Below, piece after piece: positions 12,367 through 26,869 of a stretch of 64,000 bases of DNA (position 1 is its first letter; every line of letters begins with the position of its first letter). Below the pieces are notes generated by a model that saw only the letters and a list, made by a program, of their open reading frames with translations, was not told the DNA's origin and did not search any database. Source of the DNA: the human T2T-CHM13v2.0 reference genome, Homo sapiens; the NCBI RefSeq assembly GCF_009914755.1, contig NC_060937.1; one strand, 5' to 3'. Made by a program: the position numbers and the translations under genes.

Positions 12367-13785
12367 TACAAATTGTAGTGTATATCATGAGACAATGTCA
12401 CATTTGTTATTTGTTGTTAAATAATAACAACCTTTAGTCAAAGATTATGAAATTCAATGAAATTAAAGAATAAAATCTATCATGATGTTAAAGCATCTAG
12501 TACATCATTGTTTCTTTTCAACAACTGTCCGAAACTGTACAGAGCTTTTATAAAGTTATTAGTGAATGAGATATATTGCTCTGAAACTAACCTCTCTTAG
12601 CAGCCATGGAAAGTAAAGATCCCATCATTTATTTTTAAAGCAGAACTTCAATCAAAAAAATCCAGAAAGGTATTATTTATCACTACAGATATTATGTTGT
12701 CTAAGAGGTGCCATTGACCTAGCTTTGCACTGAAGGGACAATAATCTTGACACTACTATTCATGGAGTGAGGATCCAGGAGTGGTTTTTAAGCCAATATG
12801 CACTGTTATGGCAGTACTGATTATTAAAATATTTAAATAGTTTCATTTTGATTGGTAAACGTCAGATAAGCAGTAACATGATTTAATAACATAAATTCCA
12901 GCACATATAGTTTATCTCAAAAGCCAAACATACACTATAATTCCAGAACCTTTTTTTCCTTGATCAGGCACTGTGAACAGAACTCAGTCTCCGCTCCCAA
13001 ATTCTGCTATTTATTCTAAATATCAGGACAGGAGAGCCAGCTTTGCAACCAAACTGAAGAGAACCTGTTCTATGATCTTCCATAAGAAATGCCCATAATC
13101 TTCCCAGGAAGAGAAACAGGGACCATGCTCAAGTAGCAAATGAAGAGCTTGCTGAGGCAGTTGTCAAATACACGTGCTGCACAGTGCTTTGTCCAGGAAA
13201 ATTTTTAAAGAGCACAGGTCTTTTTAACAACTTATTTCCTGGCAGGGGGTGACTATCCCCGTGAGTCAGAAAAGGTCAGGAGGGGTGTTGCCTAAATATC
13301 TGCCAAAACACATTTACTAGTTAGAAGAGCACATACCCCCAGAGAGCTACAGTGAAGTCCTATTTGTCACACTCACCTAAATTTGCCACCTCGTCCCCAT
13401 CCACTTCTTCCCTATGCTTATCAGTTCCCCTAATCCTAGGAACATACCAAGTTTGCTTGTCTCCTGGCACATAAGCCCCCTACCTTACTCAGCTATCAGT
13501 AACTGTAATTGTACTTTCTTCCCCTCTCTTATTTCCCCCTGTTATTTTTGTCCCAGTTAATATGTTGGCATCTGGCAGCCCCACCTCACCTGTTGACACC
13601 AGCCTGCTCCTGATTCACCCCAGGTATTCAGCTGTCTCATGCTCCTGGGAAACAAGGAAGGTAAAAGCCCTGGCCCCTGGCTCCATAATCCCAGCAACAA
13701 CCAATCTTCACTCTCTTCTTGCCCTTCCACTGTTTCTCTCTCATTCTCTCTGGTTTCTGTCTTTTTGAGTATTGATTTTTGACTA

Positions 13786-14624
<839 letters not shown>

Positions 14625-15384
14625 TCACATAGCTGGCAGGAGAGAGAACCAAGGAGGAAGTGCTACACACTTCTAAACAACCAGATCTCATGAGAACTCT
14701 CTCACTATCATCACAAGAACAGCAAGAAGGAAGTCCTCCCCCCAAGCTCCAAACACCTCCCATCAGGCCCCTCCTCCAACACTGAGGATCACAATTCAAC
14801 ATGAGATTTGGGTGGGGACACAGAGCCAAACCATATCAGGGAGGAAGTAAAATAGAAAAGGAGGGGGAGAGACTTAAAGAGTGATGAGGGGAGTCATATC
14901 CCAGATGGAGAGGCTAATCATGAAGCAGCATCTATGAGTCGGAGAGGACCACTGTCACCTAAAGGCTGACAAGTGAGTGGGAAATGATCACAACAGATAG
15001 AAACATGATGCTGACAGGGACATTATTTATCTGGGAACTACATAAACAAAAGATCAGATCACCAATTAGTTACTCCAAGATTACTTCGGGTGTGTTTGCT
15101 CTGACAGTTGTCTCTCTAATCTCCATGCTCCTGGTCTTGGATCTATGTCTTTAGCAACAATAAAACGTTTTCAACTCCATTGATGGAAGCAAGCAGTTTT
15201 TGAACTGATTAGGGATCAATGCCGAGAATCCATTCAGTGAGAGCTGCAGTACTCTGGTAATTTGTTGAAGAAACTTTTTTCCCTCACCCAACAGCTGTTT
15301 CCAGCCCTTTCTTCTTCAATATCAAAGCCCTAAAGTTCTGAGAATAAAGATGCTAGAATTTTAATATACTTAATTTTCTTTTTT

Positions 15385-15785
15385 CCTGGAAGCTACTACT
15401 GACCCAAGAGGAAGTCTACTGGAGGGAGTCCAAAGGCATTTTCTCCCGGATAAAAGATACCTGCTAGAAAAAAGCTTTGTCACTCCCCTATTCCATCCCA
15501 TCCCAACCTCCAACCTTTCTTCCTATTTTTGACTCATTGTAGCCTGAGGACTGAGGCTTGGAAGCTGCTGAAGCCATCTTCTGACCAGGAAGGCAGAGTG
15601 ATGACGCACTACAGATCACAAAGCAGAAAGCCAGAAGGGTCCTGGATCTTGGTGAGTTCTTGATCTGCTAAATTGACCAGGAAAAGGCTACCTATAGACT
15701 TCCTATACTTATCATTTTCCTTTCACTTCAGTGGACATATTTTTCCCGGTATTTTGTGACTTGTAGATGAAAGCATCCAAACAAG
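15385..15785 (+). mobile_element. Old MaLR LTR (MLT1J/K-like)
   Basis: ttggaagctgctgaagccatcttctgacca, agcagaaagccagaagggtcctggatcttg, end tattttgtgacttgtagatgaaagcatcc. Confidence 0.7.
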
Positions 15786-18700
15786 CTAGTGCACCTTAAA
15801 GAACCCCACAGTGACCTGTGGCATGCCAAAGCACCCTATTTCCCTTCATTCTGAGTCGTTAGCTTTTTTGATAGACCATCAATAGGAGATAATGATTACC
15901 CCAGAAGGAACTGTAGAATTTAAAATGATCACAGTAATTTAGAATTGATGGGAGTAGACACATACCCTCTCTTCTTCATCAGCACTCTTTTCTACCAAAT
16001 TGTTCTTGGGAAGTCATCAAGCTTCTGTTCAATTTTCCTAAAACAGAGAACTCATTATATCATGAAACAGCCCAACTCTCCCCTACCTTTTCTTTATGTA
16101 ATTCAATTTTCCTGCCAGACCATAAAACAACACATATTATGAGAGAAAAAGAAGAATTCAATAACATTATTTCATTACTGCGCATTTTTAAAATGCACTG
16201 ATCTGTAATGAAACCACCTGAAACTTGGAGAAAGATCATATGTTGAATAATATTATGTTTTTCTTGTATTTTTATAAATTATTAACACATTTTTGGATTG
16301 ATTTAAAAGTAAAGAAAGTGAAGAAATTTAACATTATCTTGTAAATAACCCAACTAACACTAGTAATGTTATTAGTAAGGCAGCCTCACCGCACTCAAAT
16401 TATTAATTAATGGAGTGTAATTAGAGTAAAAGATAAAAAGAAAAAACAATTTATGAAATATAATAACACTATGAAGAAATTTTATGATATTTTTATAGCA
16501 CTCTATATCAAGGAAGAAACCTGCAGGGAAGAAAACTGACTACATATTTTAAAATGTATATAACTAGTATAATATTAAACATAAATATTTATCTAAGTAT
16601 CTATTCAGAAGTTGGCTTCACTCAGCAATTTATGATCACAGAGAATTTATGCATTTATTTATTTTTTAAATGTCTTCCATTTTAGTTTGACTATTAAAAT
16701 AATCAGAAGTTCAAAATAAAATTCACTGAAAATTTCCTTGGTTATGAACTGTATTTTGATGTTTGCTCAAAGGCCATTAATATGTGTTCAGTGATTGATG
16801 GGCTGATTTGAAATTTCTTGCAAGCTTGTAATGTCATCTTGAAATATTGTATTATTCTAAGATTCCAAAAAATTTTTAACAAAACTTAATATGGCTGTTT
16901 CAGTGTTATTCCATCAAATGTGAGATCGCAAAATTGCAGTATATCTTTAGGCCATAGACGTGAGCCATACTATATGAAAATAGAAAACGAGCTCAAGAAT
17001 TTTATAGTGTAGTCATTGATCTTACAAAAGCATCTGTCTGCTAGAGCAAAGCCGAATCCTGCACACCAAAACAGCCTTATATGTATTTAGTACTCGCTCA
17101 GTCTTCTAAGACACATGTGCCCATCTCTTAAATCCGAAATAAGAATGTGTCCTTCCACACTACAAAATTATCTCCAAAATACGTATTGTGAATTACCTGT
17201 TTGGTCAAAGTAATAGACAAGATAACTTGTATCACCTATTTATTTGATGCTTTGTATTTTACACAAAAATATCCAACTCAATGGGGGAAAAAAGGTAAAC
17301 CAGTAAACCACATATTCAAGGTCACGTATTATGAATAAAAGAAACCTCCTTTAACAAGTTGTATATGTAGATAAAGGCTTGGAATTCCACCAGTGTCCAA
17401 TTAAGTGTCACAAAATATATTACCCCATCTGTTTCTCTTTTTAGGACTAACATTTCAAACCTAAAATTTACCCTTTGTATCTTCCAATTGCCAAGGACTG
17501 ACTACCACGCTAAAGTTCAGTTCATCTGCAAACAATTCAGGTTTTATGATCTCACAGTTCACTTGAATAGAGACGTGCTGATTTGTGACAAATTGTGTTA
17601 GGTTAGCTTAGAATTTCCAAAAGTAACATCTGCAAACTTTCATTTTAACATTATATGTTTTGTTATATTCTCATTTTTAGTATTTTATTTGCTAGTATTC
17701 CAAAGAAAAGTAATGTTCCCTGAAAACATAAAATAGAATGCAAGGTGGTGTGTGGTATGCATTTTCTAGTTGTTTTGTTAGTCATGCTATGAAAACAAAG
17801 AGCATAATTTTGTGGCTAAATACTGCCCACATCCCCTTTGAAAAATGCTACCTCTAGGAACATCACTTTCTCTGGTTGATATCCTTTATACCCTCATCTG
17901 AAAGTCAAATGAAGATTTCCAGGCAAAAGAAATAAGAGCTAGGGTGTGCCAGTGGGTTTATTTTTAATTGGAAAAAGAACTCCTCTTTCTTAAAAGTCAG
18001 GTAATGATTTCAATGTGTTTCTAAGCAAGACCTGAATAAAATATTAGACAATCATGCTCAAAAGCTATTAGTGGTTTTCTAATCTAATACAAGGAGCAGT
18101 AGTTTGGAAAGTAATTGGGGTTTTCTTTATTTGTAGTTGTAGAACTTGTGGAAAATTTACCAACTATACCATTGTTTTTGAAATTTTCATCAGGCAAAAC
18201 ACTGAGTTTCAACATTTTTATATGTGACTGGGAATAATATCCCCATGCATTAACTGATAGATTTAACCCACAGAAAAGTGCTACAGAAATAAATACACAG
18301 TATTCATGAGATAAAATCTAGACCTGCAGACAGTGGGGGACAGGCTGTGTTTTGCGTGCATGTGTTCCCCTCCCCACTAAAAATAGTCTGTTATTCTAAA
18401 GTCTTATGATCATTTTTTAAAATTATTATTTCTGGAGCCAAATTTGAAGGCTAGAGTCTACTTTGTTCCCAGATAAATTCTTGTATTGAATTCATCAATC
18501 AAAGTATTGATTGGAATAAAATTTGGATTTGTGTTTCTTTAACTCCGGCATCACAGATCATACAATCTGCATGTCCACAATATATCGCAAATGCTAGCAT
18601 AGGAAATTGCTAAGCATGGAGCAATGGGTAACTTTTATTTAAAGGGAGAATTGTGTGAGTCGGGCAAGAAAGCAAAAATAATTGGATGATGTTGTGTGAC

Positions 18701-19582
18701 AGAGCAAGCTGGTGTGTTTTCTTCCTCTGAACACTTCAGCATTAAATGTAGAATTTCCTTGGTTATGGCAGGTGCATGGTGTATTGGGTTCATGTTTTTA
18801 GTTGACAACTTTTGACACGTGTGCTAACTTTCAGGATGAAGGAAGAGAATCAGACAAAGTGCCAAAATATATAAAATTCCCACCATCTCACCTTTAGAAA
18901 TAGGTCTCCTCTCCAAAATAAAGCTCTTTCAAGAATAGAAATCCAACTGTGTTCTCCAACTGTAGATTTTGCATGGTAGAGGTTCAGTAAGGAATACTGA
19001 GTAGGATTTATATCCATTAGCATACAAAAACTCAAATTAAGAAACATTTGAATGGTGATAAAAGAATTGCCTCCCCACTGCATCTTTGAAAGTGCATTTG
19101 GCACAATATTTCTTGTCCTGCTGATAATCATCTTTTCTTCCTGCTGTTTACCCAGTCCCCATTTCTGAAGACTAAGTAACTTTTTTTAAAAGAAAACAGA
19201 CTCGCAATATTAAAATAAATCCTAATGACTTGATCTAGAGACAAAGTATAATGTCCACCATTTTAAATATCATAAATATAATCTAAAAAATAAGAACTTC
19301 ATATATTTTCAATATACAGATATGTATTTTTTCCAACACTAGTAGGATGCATTAAAATATGTTCTCCTTAAGAGATTTCAAATTCGTTACCAGACAGTTA
19401 TGTTTTCACTTTAGTTTTAAAAACGGGGCTGGCAGCGCTTTATGAATAAAAATGAAAAGTAAATTCCACAGCCAGAAAGTCTAGTGCCTGTGAGCCCTTG
19501 TTCCTTGGGACTTGAGATTATACATTGGGCAAACCAGTAGCCTACTGATTCAATCTCAGTGAGTAACAGAGAGGTTGTAGTG

Positions 19583-19609
19583 AAAAAAAAAAAAAAAAAA
19601 AAAAAAAAA
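19583..19609. repeat. Poly(A)27
   Basis: Pure A run with no adjoining retroelement body. Confidence 0.95.
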
Positions 19610-19899
19610 CACTAAAAATATATCGAGTTCTGGCTACCAAGAGTTTTATTAGCCAGATTCAAAAATCAATAGGAAGTCTTTGGGCTCTCAATGTAGAGAT
19701 TTTAAAAGAACCTATAAAGGGAATATTATCAGTCTTCCTGTTCATCTACTGAAATAAAATAGAGGTTGTAGCTCTCCTCTCCTGGCTAAGAACAGTAAAA
19801 GAATCAAATTTGAGCATGGCAAAGGTTGCTTCACATACCCAACCTCTGAAAAATTCTCCACACATCATCATGTAAGCCACATGGTTAAAGGTAAGGTTA

Positions 19900-20045
19900 T
19901 GTCTGAATTTCAGACTGGAAGGGGTCTTGGATATCATCTAATTAAATGTCCTGATTTTATAGTTGAGGAAAGTAAATCGACAGTCACTTAGCTATTTAAT
20001 TGTGTAGCCATGAGACTAGAATTGAAATCTTCTGAATATCCATCA
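19900..20045 (-). mobile_element. MIR3/MIR fragment
   Basis: agactggaaggggtcttggatatcatcta...attttatagttgaggaaa...gactagaattgaaatcttctga. Confidence 0.7.
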
Positions 20046-20111
20046 ACAGTTTTGGAGCAGTTTCCCCTTTCCACCATACACAACAGAGATATTTCTTGTG
20101 AACCAAAAGTC

Positions 20112-20636
<525 letters not shown>

Positions 20637-23587
20637 AGTCTAACTTTCCTATTTTGTTGTCTTTGAAGAGACATAAAGAACTTTAATTGTGATTTCAGGA
20701 AATTATGCCAACAACCCAAGAGGCAAGAGAACAGGGCATGTACCTTTCAGACAGAGGAAGACCCTGAGTGAAGGCGACCAGTGCCGATTTTACTCATTAT
20801 GCATGACTTTCTCATACCAATTCACCCCAAATTGCTTGTTCATATAGCACTCTACCCAGTCAGGAAGAGGATGATCTAGAGAGGAAGGTTTATTTCCACA
20901 TAACTGCTTCCACCTTCCTGATTTCCATTTCCAATCATGTTTTGCCGAGTTGTTGGAAAATCGGAGTACCTTTCACTGTAGTTTCTTTTTACAAGTAAAT
21001 TGCTTTCCTCACATTTTGCTGGATAATTCCATTTTAATAATCCTTAAATACATGCCCATGTCTTTCATCTAGTTCAGCGCCCCATTCCGTGGACCATGGG
21101 CAACCCATTCTTCTATTCAATTCCCCTCTCTAAATAGAAAATAGGGATCCCTGCGGAATACTTACAAGTCCTTTGACTCTTTTGTAGCCACATGCTTCCT
21201 CTGTACCCCACCCTACTCCCTATTCCTCCTCCCACACACTCTCATTCTCTCTCTGGTTCTTATTCTGTCTGTCTGTCTCACAAACTAACACATACTGGCA
21301 GGGATACATGCCAGTCTGGGGATAGGATGTACAAGTTGACTGGATTCCTTGGGTAATACAGATATGTGCACTGCTCCCACTGCTGGACCCCACTATCTGT
21401 CACTACCACTGTGCACACACATATAGGCACCTGCAACCACCACCACCCAGTCTAGGGATCGAGTGATTTTTTACATGGCTAGTTCTTTCTGTTGGCTAGT
21501 TTTGTGATTCTGTTGACTTGTTTGCAACCAAATTTTAAGCAAAAGCCTAATACAGAAGTGAGAGAGAAGGAGCCTTTCTGGTTTAGGGGAATATCGAATG
21601 TACACACTGGCTTTGCTTCTCACCTGTCTTCTACCTTCTACCATTACAAGGCAGGCTTAGCTCCTTGGAGCAGTTTAAAAACCTGAGGTCTCTCCCAGTG
21701 CTCTCAGACATTACCAGAAAAATATAATACTCTGGTCATCTGGAATGGGAATGAAAAGGAAAGAATAAAGGGAAGAGAAATAGAGGGAGATAAATTCCTT
21801 ATAATTTGTGTTAGATAACACCTGAAAGAGTTAAGAACAAAGCTGTGCTGAAGTCTTCAGCAGAGATGTTATTAGCTGTATTGTTTGTATTCATCCTTGT
21901 ATCAGTTTGTTTTTAGTAGCAGCCACACAAGTGATCAAAGGGTCTTCAAAAAGAGCACTTTATTATGACAAGTATCACTCACAGTTAAGCCATCTCTGCA
22001 TTCCTGAAACATGCACAGACCCTCAAAAAGAACAAAACAAATTAAGTTAAAAGTAAGAAACACACATTGGGCAACAGTCCCCCATGGCAAGCATGGCATC
22101 CTTTCCTTTTTAGCTAAAATCATTTTTCAACCGGTAAGACAGCAGACTGCTGAGAGGCTCTCTGTGGAACAGTCACGGAGATAGCAGGTGATGCCATCCC
22201 AGCCCTCTGAATGTCAGAGAAGAATTCCTGCTTCTTCACATTGTGAGCTGGTAAATCTACATCAGGCATAACTGCAAAATAAAAGCCAGATGGTCTCAAA
22301 CTTTCCTACCACTGCCAATGACCCAGAGATGAATTGTCTTTGCAGGGATCAACACAGCAATCTTGACTTATAGACACTCTAGACTTAAAGTAGCACAGCC
22401 CCATCACCTCCTCCCTATAGTGGAAAGAACTTGTTTAACCCCAGTTGTACAATTCTTCGCAAACTGATATTTGCAGTGAAAACTCTATATGCCTAAGTGC
22501 AAACAAAAAGGTTTCTTGAAGATATTTTTGTGTCTCTCATATGCCTTTAGTTAAATGTGGATGGAAATGTTTGAGGCAACTTCCAAAGTCAGACCATTAA
22601 CAGGATGGGTGTTTCTTGTTGAACATGGAGTGGAAGGTTAAGCAATGAGAAATTTGGCAAATCTTCTTGGCCAGTAGCCTCCAGCAATGTGTTTCAGAAG
22701 GCCTTTACTTATCTGTTCTCTGCTCTCAGCCTCACTATTTGTTTGAGGGTGGTGAGGCACAATTGCGACAGGTTAGATAAGGTTTCTGTCTGCACATTCC
22801 TCAAACTCAACTGAGGTTAAAATAACAGAAACAATAATGTCTGTCAATCTGAGATGCTGTAAATAAGTGACACAGAGGAGCTGTGCCCAGATGTCAGGGA
22901 TTTAATTTAGAACTAGGAGCACTTGTAGAAACACTGAACAGTGTCCCAGAATCATGAATGGTTTTCTCCAGAATGATCCGGCAAAGTAACTTATTCTCTT
23001 GACCGTGGCTTCTTTGGTCCCCATACCCAGCAAAGTAAGTACTTTGGATCCGTTACAACAGCAAATTGGCACATGCCACACACCTTTATAGACTTAAATA
23101 TCAGAATCATTTCCATGCAACCAGCTACATTTTAAAGCCAAAGCTTTTATACAAACAATTCAGAATGTGAGCGCTTGGTGTGGCAAACATAATGCAATCA
23201 TTTCATTTGAGAATAGCAATGTAATTCCCCCCTTTAAAATGTATGCTTTATGCATAGACAGTTCACATGAATGCTTGTGAAAGGCCTGGTTCCTGAGCAA
23301 TAACTTACTGAAGAGTAGACAATTGGTGTTTCATTGCTTTACGGCATTTGCAGCTAAATCTAAACTCCCAGGTTGAGCAATGGTTTCTGTTTGATGTAGT
23401 GCAAAAGCACAGATGCAGAAGATAATGACTGCTTAGAAATCGCCCTCGTGCTTGTCTCCAGTGGTACAACTTGATTTCCCATAGGTCTGATTCAGCGTTA
23501 TGTAGAACTTGAAGACATATATTTGTTCAAAGAACACTTAGGGTTTGTCTTTGTTACTTAGTTGTCATATCATCAGCTGTGATGGAC

Positions 23588-23887
<300 letters not shown>

Positions 23888-24880
23888 GGGATGGACTTCT
23901 TTTAGATGGGATATAGTTCAGAGGCACTGACCTAATTTGCCTAAAAAGTGACTCTGTAAGTTTCAACTAAAGAATTCGCAATGTTTTTGCTCAATATTTG
24001 ATGTATGTAAATTATAAGGAAGGAATTCCATGAATCACTTTCATTAAGGTAAGCTTTAAAACCATAGAGAAAATTTGGTTTACTTAGATTAGTTTTAAGA
24101 AGAACACAGCATTTGTTAGAAAAAATAATTTGAGAAGTAACTTAGATACCATGAAGGCAAGCTTAGGGTAATGAGAGATGCAAATGTTCAGGAGGGGAAT
24201 TTAAGATAATACTGGAGGAGGAAAGGAGGTAGACTAAGAAGAAAGGACAAAGAAAGAATATAGATAGTACAGAGAAAAGAGCAAGATGATGGATTCTGTA
24301 CATAGCAATGAATGACCACATAATTTTAAAGTAAATTTGACATAAATCATGAAAGGTTTGGTGTGAGTTGCTTTCTTGTTGAAACCACTTCAGAAGCTGA
24401 ATTCTGCATTTCATACTGATTTTGAGAAAAATGTAAGGGCTACATGTGGACTCAAATAGCTGATACATAACCAAAGATTTGATATATGATTTGTTGACTT
24501 AATGCTCAGAGACATTAGAAATATTTTACCATACTTGGAATCCTAGAAAATAAGAGATCATGTCTTAAACAGAAATAAATAAATAAATAAATAAAAAGAG
24601 TTCAACATAAAAAATCTACTCCAATAAAAGTTGAAAAGAAATTAAGGGAATATTTTCTAATAATTGTACAGAGAAAGAATATTTAGCAAAACAAATAAAA
24701 GGAAATTTTTTTTCACTTTATTTTGCTAAATATTTGAATACATAAATATCAGACAATCAGCTGTTTGAAATATATGAATATCAGAAAATATTTTTAAAAT
24801 TTAAAAGGTAGAAAAATTAATTGGCAAACATTGCTATGACATGACAAACAGCAACAAGTACTCAATAAACAGGCTTATGA

Positions 24881-25197
24881 GCTGGAAGCCATCATCCTAA
24901 GCAAACTAACACAGTAACAGATAACCAAACACCGCATGTTCTTACTCATAAGTGGGAGCTGAACAATGAGAACACATGGAAACAGGGAGGGGAACATCAC
25001 ACACTGAGGCCTGTCAGGGGGTGGGGCTGGGGGGAGAGAGAGCATCAGGACAAATAGCTAATGCATGTGGAGCTTAATACCTAGGTAACAGGTTGATAGG
25101 TGCAGCAAACCACCATGGCACATGTTTACCTATGTAACAAACCTGCGCGTTCTACACATGTATCCTGGGACTTAAAGTAAAATTAAAAATTAAAAAA
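24881..25197 (+). mobile_element. 5'-truncated L1PA (about PA10-13) 3' end
   Basis: gctggaagccatcatcctaagcaaactaacacag...agagcatcaggacaaatagctaatgcatg...acttaaagtaaaa; TSD aggcttatga on both sides. Confidence 0.93.
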
Positions 25198-25370
25198 GGC
25201 TTATGAAATCAATGTGGTCAATGCTAACACTTTGAGAATATAAGCAAACAAACATCAATCCTGAAAAACATAAAAAAAAAAACAAAAATAGCAGTACCTA
25301 AAGAATACATGCATTCTGAAATACTCAATGCTTACAAGGGTGTGATGGGATAAGCACACTCATAAACTGC

Positions 25371-25659
25371 TTTTTTTTTTTCAATTTTACTTGAAGTTCC
25401 TGAATACAAGTGCAGAACATGCAGGTTTGTTACATAGTATACATGTGCCATGGTGGTTTGCTGCACCTATCAACCCGTCATCTAGGTTTTAAGCCCCTCA
25501 TGCATTAGCTATTTGTCCTAAGGCTCTCCCTCCCCTCGGCCCCTACCCCACAACTGGCCCCGATGTGTGTTATTCCCCTCCCTGTGTCCATGTGTACTCT
25601 TGTTCAAATCCCACTTGTGAGTGAGAACATGCAGTGTTTGGTTTTGTGTTCCAGTGTTA
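25371..25659 (-). mobile_element. 5'-truncated L1PA (PA8-like) 3' end
   Basis: gtgcagaacatgcaggtttgttacatag...tctaggttttaagcccc...gagaacatgcagtgtttggtttt; TSD cataaactgctttt on both sides. Confidence 0.93.
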
Positions 25660-26869
25660 CATAAACTGCTTTTAATAAGGTTACGAATTTTGCAGTTTTT
25701 CTCAAAGGCATATACATACACCACTTTTCAGGAATTCTGCTTCTGTGAATCTATCCCACTGAAATTATTAGAAATAAGAATAAATTATTCTGTGTAAATA
25801 TGCCAATTATTATATTATTATAATAAAATTCTGAAATTAGCCTTAATGTCCAGAGATGGTTAAATAATGATGCTGTGTGCTAACGACGGAACATTTTGCA
25901 GCCATTGAAATGCCGTTTTAAAAGCATGCATTTGAATATGACCATTAGGCACTTTTTATTAGGAGGAAAAAAGTGAAAAACTAAATTGTATGTATATTAG
26001 AATTCCTATTTTTTTCCTCTCTATATATATTTAGACAGAGGGAATAGACAATAGATACATAAGGCTGGTGAAAAATACAGGAATATATATATCATGGTTA
26101 TATGTGAATTTTTAGAGTAAGATTTTCATTTACTTCTTAATACTTTCCCATATTTTTCAAATTTTCAAAATAAACAATTATTACTTTTGTGATGTTTACT
26201 TTTGATCATTCTTTACCCATCACAAAACACTATCCTCTTGAAGTATTGAACAAGTAAAACACTCTGAAATAAAGAGATGCTTAAGTTGAGATGGACCTAA
26301 AGAATAAAGCCTATTTGATTTTCTGCAATGTGAGAAGTGGGCTGAAGATTGCTACTAGATATGGTGTTGCCTAAGGGTAGACACTTCTCAAAGTTACACT
26401 TCATTATCAAGTATGGAAATGGTCTGTCAAGTATGCATAGTTAGTATAAGTTCACCTTATTTGGCTATATATACATAACTGGTGTTTAAGTGAGGTGATG
26501 CAATGTAGATTGATTAAGATAAAATAATATGGGAACCTCTTTGCAAATTCCAAGTTCATTTACACTTATCATACATTTGAAACCTAGTTAACCTTAACTG
26601 ATGGGAACTCTATCATCATAGAATGTGCATGTCCAGTTCGGGAGCCCTAACAGCCTGGGTTGTGTAGATAGACAGTATCAAGCTACTGGCCTTGTCAAAA
26701 CCCCAGGCAGGATAAGCTGAGCTCATAATTGTTGGCGCCGTCATCAATCCCAGTTGAACCAAGAGAATCAAGTCTTTCAGCCTCTGAAATGATTAAATTG
26801 AGACTCAATCTATCCCACTTCTGTTTTCATCGCCCATTTCCATCAAATTTCTCAGGATTTTGGACTATC

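Larger units (their letters stand above)
24480..26190 (+). mobile_element. Very old L1ME-like relic hosting two L1PA fragments
   Basis: aggaattctgcttctgtgaatctatcc, gatggttaaataat, ggaacattttgcagccattgaaa, 3'UTR-like tttcatttacttcttaatactttcc. Confidence 0.6.

Noticed and set aside
22972-23034. Plus-strand exon-like segment (ttttctccAG ... AAA|GTAAGT)
   Set aside because: Stops in all three frames, a short pyrimidine tract and no partner exon; compatible with chance.
23485-23560. Protein-looking frame [19 protein letters not shown] after an AG
   Set aside because: Weak donor, an in-frame stop soon after, and no family I recognise.
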